A stretch of 25,903 nucleotides of DNA from Lachnospiraceae bacterium (GTDB lineage Bacteria > Bacillota > Clostridia > Lachnospirales > Lachnospiraceae). The notes beneath the pieces are model-generated. The model made no database searches and was not told where the DNA came from. It saw only the letters and a list, made by a program, of their open reading frames with translations. The position numbers and the translations under genes were made by a program. Below are positions 1 through 7,132 of this stretch, in pieces (the first letter of the stretch is position 1; every line of letters starts with the position of its first letter). Location of the stretch: assembly GCA_031285465.1 (NCBI GenBank), contig JAITWD010000087.1, forward strand, positions 1 to 25,903, in the 5' to 3' direction.

Positions 1-1370
1 TCCTCATAGGAAATGAACCAGCCGTAATATTCAGATCCCTCATCATCATTGTACAAATAGGGGGCCTTTGCACTATCACTATAGTCAAAGTGCCAGCCGG
101 TGCCACCATTGTCAAAATCGGCCTCTTTAACCGCCCGCCCATTCTCCAGCTTTACCGTATATCCACTGACCGATTGGCTCATAAAATCAATGATCATACT
201 CTGGTCGATCTCCACCGCGCTGGGACGGACCGCCTCGATCGACGCACCAACAATCACCTCAGGATTGACCGCGGTCATCTTAAGATCCATTCCATAGAGT
301 GGTGAACCGATATTCAGCTTAGCGGTCGGAATATTCTTACCCATCAAAAAGGCTACCGCACTGACCGTATCGGTGATACTGCTGTTATGCGAAGTGACCC
401 CTGCCCAGGTTCCGGCAAAATCATAGGTCATAATATTGATATAATCAAGATACGGCTCTGCTGCCACCCAATCCTGACAGGGCAATGTATATCCGTATGA
501 AGCCGATGCACAGGCAGTCATCTTTTTATTGCCGGCACCATATTGGGCATCCAGTGCCTCGCGAAGCCCTTTTAACATCAGCGCAAAATTGGCATTATCC
601 TCTTCCGCCGTTCCCCAGATCGGGCAACCCTGATCATCGGCATTTTCCGGCAACCGTTCTCCATCAGGATTCCCCGCCGGATACTCCCAGTCCACGTCGA
701 TCCCGTCGATCCACGGATATTCTTCGATCAATGCCACACAACTGTCAATGAAAGTCTGCCGTCCTTCCTCGGTATAGGCCATTTCGGAAAAATAACCACT
801 TTCGGTCCAGCCACCCAGTGAGATCATAATATTGACATCCGGGTACTGCTCGGCATAATACTCATACTGGGCAAAATGATTCTTCGGTAGCGAACCATCC
901 ATCTCACTGGGGGTTTCATCAAGATAATCGGCATCAGGATCGGTCGAAATAATCTCAAATTCGGTCCGCGGTTCAGCTCCGCTATCACGCCGGTCAAAGC
1001 TACTCTCGGTCGTTCCATCTGCCGGTGCAACCGACCAGAAAGCATGATTAATATATGTAATATTATCCCACGGGATCGATGCCACTTCACCAAGTGCCCC
1101 CCGCGTATACACCGCCCAGTTACTGAAGTAGATAATAACCTCCTTCGGAGAGGTGTTGACCGGATAGGATACCTCGGTGACCTCTTCCGGTGTCACTTCC
1201 TCTTCCTCCGGGACCTCGACCGGCTCGGTCGGCTCATCGGCTGGCGCCGTCTCCTGTGGCGTCTCACTCTCATTACCTTGTTCCGCCGCATTACCGCAAC
1301 CCGCTAACACGGTCGTACCAAGGAAAATCATCAGAATAAACAACAATAAACTTTTTTTCATTAATTTCAT
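1..1370 (-). CDS. GH18 chitinase-family lipoprotein, 3' end truncated by the window edge
   Basis: My translation from ATG 1370 (RBS-like GAGAGGGA upstream) gives MKLMKKSLLLFILMIFLGTTVLAGC (lipobox, Cys25), an E/P/T-rich linker, then VIIYFSNWAVY, ISLGGW, the catalytic DGIDVDWE (684-707) and DYINIMTYDF. The frame stays open to position 3. It is absent from the ORF track because there is no stop in the window. Confidence 0.92.
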   Translation of the reverse strand, partial: MKLMKKSLLLFILMIFLGTTVLAGCGNAAEQGNESETPQETAPADEPTEPVEVPEEEEVTPEEVTEVSYPVNTSPKEVIIYFSNWAVYTRGALGEVASIPWDNITYINHAFWSVAPADGTTESSFDRRDSGAEPRTEFEIISTDPDADYLDETPSEMDGSLPKNHFAQYEYYAEQYPDVNIMISLGGWTESGYFSEMAYTEEGRQTFIDSCVALIEEYPWIDGIDVDWEYPAGNPDGERLPENADDQGCPIWGTAEEDNANFALMLKGLREALDAQYGAGNKKMTACASASYGYTLPCQDWVAAEPYLDYINIMTYDFAGTWAGVTSHNSSITDTVSAVAFLMGKNIPTAKLNIGSPLYGMDLKMTAVNPEVIVGASIEAVRPSAVEIDQSMIIDFMSQSVSGYTVKLENGRAVKEADFDNGGTGWHFDYSDSAKAPYLYNDDEGSEYYGWFISYE

Positions 1371-1441
1371 AATCCCTCTCCCTTTTTATTATGGCAATCA
1401 TGCAACTGCCTATTGATATGTACTATACAAGCTTATCTTTC

Positions 1442-1470
1442 ATTGTATCTGCTAACGCCTAATATTTCAA
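1442..1470 (-). promoter_or_regulatory. sigma-A-like promoter for the GH18 lipoprotein
   Basis: TTGAAA-N17-TACAAT on the minus strand, about 70 nt upstream of the ATG. Confidence 0.5.
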
Positions 1471-1580
1471 CCAGAAATTAAAATTATTTTGTGCTGTTTT
1501 AAGACATTTCGCCACCTTAATGACTATCGCGACCTTTAGCCTTGGCCCACAAGAATTTCATTTGATTTATTATTTTATAT

Positions 1581-1685
1581 AATTTTATATGATTTATATA
1601 ATTAATTTTATATGATTTAAATAATTAATTAGGAAGTCATAAGTATTTTATTAAATTTGAAAATTAGCAGTATTTTATTAAATTT
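1581..1685. repeat. AT-rich tract with two pairs of perfect direct repeats
   Basis: AATTTTATATGATTTA at 1581-1596 and 1604-1619; AGTATTTTATTAAATTT at 1642-1658 and 1669-1685. Only 12 of 120 bases in 1561-1680 are G/C. Confidence 0.8.
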
Positions 1686-1718
1686 TAATTAAACAATCTT
1701 AGGCAGTGAGTATAGTCA

Positions 1719-1747
1719 TTGAATATAGTTATTAACTAATGTATAAT
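1719..1747 (+). promoter_or_regulatory. sigma-A-like promoter for the DUF6056-like gene
   Basis: TTGAAT-N17-TATAAT. Confidence 0.5.
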
Positions 1748-1839
1748 GAAATATTATTGTCTAATGGCAGGACTTTGCGTACATTTCAGGTTTTAAAAAG
1801 GGGGCTTTGCCTAAAGGTAATAAAAATCAAACACAAATA

Positions 1840-1910
1840 CCCATGCATTTCGCAGATTTTATTTGCGAAACTGCTTAAATAAAAGTTTAAAAAATCTATG
1901 ATTTTTTAAA
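1840..1910. repeat. Intergenic double-hairpin repeat, family A copy 1
   Basis: 65/71 identical to 9349-9419. Hairpins TTTCGCAGA-TTTTA-TTTGCGAAA and GTTTAAAAAATC-TAT-GATTTTTTAAAC. Confidence 0.9.
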
Positions 1911-1940
1911 CTATCACTTTAAACTATCACTAAGGAAAGA

Positions 1941-3407
1941 ATGCCAATGCAAAGTATGATCAAGTTATCCCGGCGGTTACAGAAATTTTGTCTACCACTG
2001 ATTATGGTTACCCTCTTTATTATGATTTTTTTGTATAATGCCTTAACCCCTCATTTGTCAGATGATTTGGCTTATCGTCTGGAGGTTAGCTACAGCAACT
2101 CACTTTGGGGGCTGATCGTTCAGCAGTATCAGGAATATCTGCTCCATAACGGACGTTTTATCACCCAACTTTTCATCCGACTGTTCTTGTCCGCCGATAA
2201 ATGGCTTTTTAATCTACTTAACAGTGGCATGTTTATATTATTGGTGATGCTGATTTATGAAAATATATTGATGTCTTTGAGTGGAAAAGTGGCTGGGCAC
2301 AAACACCATCCGAGCTTATTGCTTCTCATCGCCGGAATGCTCTTTCGGTATAGTGTTCAATTTGGTCAAACCATACTCTGGTTGAGTGGCGCCTGCAATT
2401 ATTTGTGGGGTATGGTAATAATTCTTGGCTTTATTACTTTTTACCGAAAAAATTTAGGGATGGCAAAAGAGCCGCATGGTATCGTTATGGCGATAATATG
2501 CCTCTTTTGGGGATTTGTGGCGGGATGGTGCAGTGAAAACACTTCCGGTGGCGCCTTGGTATGTATCTTTATAATGACTTTATTTTCTGTCAGGACAAGA
2601 AGGAGGACCGGTGAAAAGGCCATTCGGGCGTTTATGGTAACCAGCCATGTGGGCCTCACCGGCGGAATGGCTGGGTTGCTGTTATCACCCGGCATATCGA
2701 TGAGAGCATCGTTGATGAGCGACAATTATACCGGGCTTTGGGCATATCTATCAAGATTATATAAATGCACGTTGACGATTGAACGGTTATTTTTTGAACT
2801 GCTGTGCCTGCTTTTGGTTTTGGTTGTGTTGGCGCTGGTAGTCAAAAAGGATATGACCGTTATTAAAAATAATATTTCTTTTTTCTTTGCCGCCGTGGCC
2901 GCTACCGGAGCATTAATTATGATTCCCCCGCCGACCGACCGTGCCTATTTTGGAATCGGCATTTTTCTGATCCTTATCTGTTTGCAGAGCTTTGCGCGCA
3001 TTTTTTATGATAATAACGAAAAGGCAGATCATGCGGTGAGCATTGATGAGGGGGACAAAAAAACTTCGGAGCTCGGGCGGTATTATCTTGTCGGCCGGAT
3101 CGTGGTAATATCCATCATGACTTTGTGGCTCTTTTTTACCTATACCGAAAATCTGGTAAACCTTGCCCGAATATACCGTGAAGAAAATGAACGGATCGCC
3201 TTGCTTGAGGATGCGGCGGCGGCAGGTAAGACGACCGTGATCGTGCCGATGCACCGACCGGAATTTGCCAACCGGTACAGCACAGCACACGATAATGATC
3301 TAAGTGATGATCCTGAATACTGGATTAATACATTTTACCGTGATTATTATCATGTCAGTAAAATAATTGCGCTACCGTGGGAAGAGTATAATTTGATCAA
3401 TGATTAG
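1941..3407 (+). CDS. DUF6056-like polytopic membrane protein (putative GT-C fold glycosyltransferase), 488 aa
   Basis: Many hydrophobic segments. SDD motif after the first TM helix, HNGR, WLSGACNYLW and ENTS motifs, which I associate with DUF6056 proteins. AAGGAAAG before the ATG. Confidence 0.7.
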   Translation: MPMQSMIKLSRRLQKFCLPLIMVTLFIMIFLYNALTPHLSDDLAYRLEVSYSNSLWGLIVQQYQEYLLHNGRFITQLFIRLFLSADKWLFNLLNSGMFILLVMLIYENILMSLSGKVAGHKHHPSLLLLIAGMLFRYSVQFGQTILWLSGACNYLWGMVIILGFITFYRKNLGMAKEPHGIVMAIICLFWGFVAGWCSENTSGGALVCIFIMTLFSVRTRRRTGEKAIRAFMVTSHVGLTGGMAGLLLSPGISMRASLMSDNYTGLWAYLSRLYKCTLTIERLFFELLCLLLVLVVLALVVKKDMTVIKNNISFFFAAVAATGALIMIPPPTDRAYFGIGIFLILICLQSFARIFYDNNEKADHAVSIDEGDKKTSELGRYYLVGRIVVISIMTLWLFFTYTENLVNLARIYREENERIALLEDAAAAGKTTVIVPMHRPEFANRYSTAHDNDLSDDPEYWINTFYRDYYHVSKIIALPWEEYNLIND

Positions 3408-3465
3408 TTACGAGGAGGGCGTTGGCCAACTATCCATTACCGGCGTTCTATTAGAGCAATATTGG

Positions 3466-3494
3466 TTGAAAAAAGCGTCGCAATAAATTATAAT
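3466..3494 (+). promoter_or_regulatory. sigma-A-like promoter for the hybrid kinase
   Basis: TTGAAA-N17-TATAAT. GGAGG RBS upstream of ATG 3569. Confidence 0.55.
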
Positions 3495-3568
3495 GGGGTA
3501 GATCATCCTCAGAATCAACCGATAAACATAAACCCTAATAATTTTATGCCACTGGAGGAATAAACCCG

Positions 3569-6500
3569 ATGTCTGACCCTATTCCTAACAATTCTACCAA
3601 CAATACCACTGATCCTGTTGATCATATTGCCGATACGGAAACCTCGCTTGCCATCCTTAAAAGTATCCTCAATGGACTGAATGCCTTTATTTGCGTTACC
3701 GTGCCGGAGACCGGCGAGATTCTTTTTCTCAATGATAATATCCGGAAGGCCTTTAATATCTCTGATGACGGCATTGGACAATACTGCTATACGCTCATCC
3801 AGGGACTTGACCGCAAATGTGACTTTTGTCCTTATAATCAGCTACAGCTTGATCCCGATCAGGTCATCGTATGGGATCATTGCGAATCGGATGGACGTAC
3901 TCACCAGAAAACCGCTCTGCTCATCGACTGGCCGGGCGGACACAAAGCCCACTTGGAATATGGTATTGATATTACCGCCATTAAGCAGGTTGCCGAAGCA
4001 CTGGAAGACCGTGAACAAATGCTATCGGCATTGAATCAAGCCGCTCTGCTGCTTTTGTCCTTCCGTGAAGGACAGTTTGTTGAGGCGATGAGCGATGGAC
4101 TCTCCATTATTGCCGACATTGCACATTTTGACCGGATGTCGGTTTTTCAAAACTATGAACAGGATAACCGGCTCTATGCTACCCAGACCTATCGCTGGGA
4201 CCATCGGTCGGGCGGTTCTGCTCCCCCCCATCACTATCTTACCGACCTATCTTATGCCGATGTCGCCCCAAGCTGGCAGACCATCCTGGCAGGCGGTGAT
4301 TATATTAATGGCATTGTCAGCCAGATGCCCGACGGTGACTCGCTTAAACAATTTAATTGTCAATCGGTTCTTGCCTTTCCAATCTTTACCGGCGATCGGT
4401 TCTGGGGATTGGCACTCTTTGAGAACCGTAAGGAGGAGCGGCTATTTTCCGATTATGAAACCGATATCCTCCGTTCCGCCGGCATGATGATCACCAATAT
4501 GGTCGGTCGCCACGAGGAGGCGGAGCGCATTCGTGCCGCCGATGAGCGGACCAGGCTTATGCTTGATGCCACCCCACTTAGCTGTTATCTCTTTAACCGC
4601 CAGCACCAATTGATCGACTGCAATGAAGCGGCTGTAAAGCTCTTTCACTTTCGCAATAAGCAGGAGCAGATCGAAGGCTTCAGCCGTTGTCATCCAACCT
4701 ATCAGCCCGATGGAAGTGCCTCCTTAGAGCAATGCAACGATAATATAAAGCGGGCCTTTAACGAGGGCCGTCATGTCTTTGAATGGATGCATCAGACCAC
4801 CGATCGGATCCCCCTGCCTGCCGAGGTCACCCTTGTGCGGGTTAAATATGATAATGAGTATGTTGTGGCCGGTTATGTCAGAGATCTTAGGGAACACCGC
4901 CGGATGATCGACGAGATTGAAACCCGTAATAAGCTTTTGTTCGCCGTCAACCAAATGTCTACCACCCTGTTAAGAGCCGATGCCACCGAATTTGAGTCGG
5001 CTTTACTGCACGCGATGGGGATTATGGCGGAAGCCGCCGGTGCCGATCGTGTCTATATACGGCAGATCATTTACCAGGATGAGCGGATTTATTGTACACA
5101 GTTATATGAATGGGCTGATGCCATGGAATCACCGCACGATTACCCCGACCCCAAGATCATCCTGTCCGAAACTGCCCCTGGGTGGGAAGAACGCCTGGCA
5201 AAAGGATCGTGTATCAATGAAATTATCAGTCAGATCGAAGGTGATCCACAGCAAATGCTGGCTTCCCAGGATATTCAAGCTATCTTACTGGTTCCCATTT
5301 TTGTAAAGGATGAACTATGGGGATTCCTTGGCTTTGACAACTGCCATGAGGAACGACTTTTTACCCACAATGAAGAAAGTATCCTCCGCTCGGCCAGTGA
5401 GCTGATCGCCGATGCACTGTTACGTAATGATATGGAAGCCAATCTTTTGTCCACCACCGTAAAGTTACAGCAAGCGCTGACCGAAGCGCAGAATGCCAAT
5501 CAGGCCAAAAGTGAATTCCTATCCCGCATGAGTCACGAGATGCGCACCCCGATGAACGCCATAATCGGCATGACCACCGTCGGACACAATACCACCGAAC
5601 TGGGGCGTAAAGATTATGCGCTCGGTAAAATTGATGAAGCCTCCAAGCATCTGTTGGGCATCATCAACGATATCCTTGACCTGTCAAAGATCGAGGCCAA
5701 CAAATTTGAATTGTCCGATCTCCCTTTTCCCTTTCGGGAGATGCTTAATAAAGCGGTTTCCTTCGTCCGTTTTCGTATCGAAGAAAAAAAGCTGTTCTTT
5801 TCGCTGACCGTCGATTCTGATGTTCCGTCCTGTGTGTTGGGCGATGAACAGCATCTTACTCAGGTGATCATCAATCTGCTAGCCAATGCTGTCAAATTCA
5901 CTCCGGAAGGCGGGCACATTCATCTTGGCACCACCCTGATCAGGGATACCGACGATGCCTACGAACTGCAGATTGAAGTCTCCGATAGCGGTATCGGTAT
6001 TCCGATAGAGCAGCAAGATAAAATCTTCCAAGCTTTTGAACAGGCCGAGGGTGGTATTACCCGCCGTTATGGCGGTACCGGTTTAGGTCTGGCGATCTCT
6101 CGGCGTATCGTCGAGAAGATGGGCGGTACGATCGCGGTTAAGTCCAAGGAAGGACACGGTTCCCGATTCTTTTTTACCGTTAAGCTTAAGCGAGCTGACA
6201 GCCAGTGTGAACGCACTGATAGTACCGAAAGGAACACTGAAATAATCAGCACCGAGCTTCAAACTGGTGAATTCTCCGGCAAACGGATTTTAATAGCCGA
6301 AGATCTGCCGATCAATCGTGAGATCCTTCAAGCTCTGCTGGAACATACCGGCTTAATTATGGATATGGCGGAAAATGGCAGGGAAGCGGTCGAGATGGTG
6401 GCCGACGCTCCGGGGGCTTACGATCTTATCTTCATGGATGTACAAATGCCGGAAATGGATGGCCTGGAAGCCACCCAATACATTCGGGCGACTCTGACTA

Positions 6501-6649
6501 GTGAAAACCATCTTCCGATCGTCGCCATGACCGCCAATGTTTATCGGGAGGACATCGAGCGTTGTCTCGCAGCGGGAATGGATGACCATCTCGGCAAGCC
6601 CATTGATATCAACCTGATGATGGAAAAGTTGCGCCACTACCTATCATAA
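3569..6649 (+). CDS. Soluble hybrid sensor histidine kinase (PAS-like, GAF, PAS, GAF, HisKA, HATPase, receiver), 1026 aa
   Basis: H-box FLSRMSHEMRTPMNAI, N-box NLLANAVKF, DSGIGI, GGTGLGL; receiver ILIAED...DLIFMDVQMPEMDG...KP. No transmembrane segment seen. Confidence 0.95.
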   Translation: MSDPIPNNSTNNTTDPVDHIADTETSLAILKSILNGLNAFICVTVPETGEILFLNDNIRKAFNISDDGIGQYCYTLIQGLDRKCDFCPYNQLQLDPDQVIVWDHCESDGRTHQKTALLIDWPGGHKAHLEYGIDITAIKQVAEALEDREQMLSALNQAALLLLSFREGQFVEAMSDGLSIIADIAHFDRMSVFQNYEQDNRLYATQTYRWDHRSGGSAPPHHYLTDLSYADVAPSWQTILAGGDYINGIVSQMPDGDSLKQFNCQSVLAFPIFTGDRFWGLALFENRKEERLFSDYETDILRSAGMMITNMVGRHEEAERIRAADERTRLMLDATPLSCYLFNRQHQLIDCNEAAVKLFHFRNKQEQIEGFSRCHPTYQPDGSASLEQCNDNIKRAFNEGRHVFEWMHQTTDRIPLPAEVTLVRVKYDNEYVVAGYVRDLREHRRMIDEIETRNKLLFAVNQMSTTLLRADATEFESALLHAMGIMAEAAGADRVYIRQIIYQDERIYCTQLYEWADAMESPHDYPDPKIILSETAPGWEERLAKGSCINEIISQIEGDPQQMLASQDIQAILLVPIFVKDELWGFLGFDNCHEERLFTHNEESILRSASELIADALLRNDMEANLLSTTVKLQQALTEAQNANQAKSEFLSRMSHEMRTPMNAIIGMTTVGHNTTELGRKDYALGKIDEASKHLLGIINDILDLSKIEANKFELSDLPFPFREMLNKAVSFVRFRIEEKKLFFSLTVDSDVPSCVLGDEQHLTQVIINLLANAVKFTPEGGHIHLGTTLIRDTDDAYELQIEVSDSGIGIPIEQQDKIFQAFEQAEGGITRRYGGTGLGLAISRRIVEKMGGTIAVKSKEGHGSRFFFTVKLKRADSQCERTDSTERNTEIISTELQTGEFSGKRILIAEDLPINREILQALLEHTGLIMDMAENGREAVEMVADAPGAYDLIFMDVQMPEMDGLEATQYIRATLTSENHLPIVAMTANVYREDIERCLAAGMDDHLGKPIDINLMMEKLRHYLS

Positions 6650-6764
6650 TGAAAGCTTACTGCCTATAATTGGCAATAATAAATACCACTCCCCCCTGTC
6701 CTGTACCCTCCAACTAGCCGATATACTTATTGAGGTTGAAATATGTATCCAAGGAGGGATCATT

Positions 6765-6941
6765 ATGCAGGTAAATGGAATTATCGACCGTTTCAGCGTC
6801 CAATCCATCCTAATGCTTTCCCACCTCCAAATCCCGGAAACGGAAGGCAGACAGGATAAGCGCCGGAAAGAACCGGAAAGTGCCGGTTTCAATTCAATTC
6901 TGGCCAAACAAATGATAACGGCTAAAACAGCCGCATATTAA
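6765..6941 (+). CDS. Small hypothetical protein, 58 aa (not in the ORF track)
   Basis: AAGGAGG RBS 7 nt before the ATG. MQVNGIIDRFSVQSILMLSHLQIPETEGRQDKRRKEPESAGFNSILAKQMITAKTAAY*. Confidence 0.6.
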   Translation: MQVNGIIDRFSVQSILMLSHLQIPETEGRQDKRRKEPESAGFNSILAKQMITAKTAAY

Positions 6942-7064
6942 GCAACATGAGTAGCTTCACAGGGACGCTCAGGAAACCGTTGAGAGGCGCGAGACGCCAA
7001 AGGAGTAGGATCGGAAGTGAAAAGTGAAATCAGAAGTAACGTTCCAACAAGACATCGCATCACA

Positions 7065-7106
7065 TAAAAAGCCGCCATCGGATCTACCTCCGGGAGCGGC
7101 TTTTTA
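7065..7106. terminator. Bidirectional intrinsic terminator
   Basis: TAAAAAGCCGC...GCGGCTTTTTA between convergent genes. Confidence 0.85.
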
Positions 7107-7132
7107 CATGATTTAACCATTCGTACGACAGC

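Noticed and set aside
1561-1700. AT-rich tract as a replication origin or DNA-unwinding element
   Set aside because: No DnaA boxes (TTATCCACA) were found nearby and there is no dnaA or rep gene in the window.
1405-6667. 8-mer ACTGCCTA at 1405-1412 and 6659-6666 and its reverse complement at 1700-1707, as a shared operator
   Set aside because: Short motif found post hoc, with inconsistent position relative to promoters; not distinguishable from chance without genome-wide statistics.
6967-7007. CTCAGG and GAGAG...CGCCAAAGGAGTA resemble glycine riboswitch elements
   Set aside because: The elements are in the wrong order for an aptamer, the GAAG core is altered, and no gene lies downstream on this strand.
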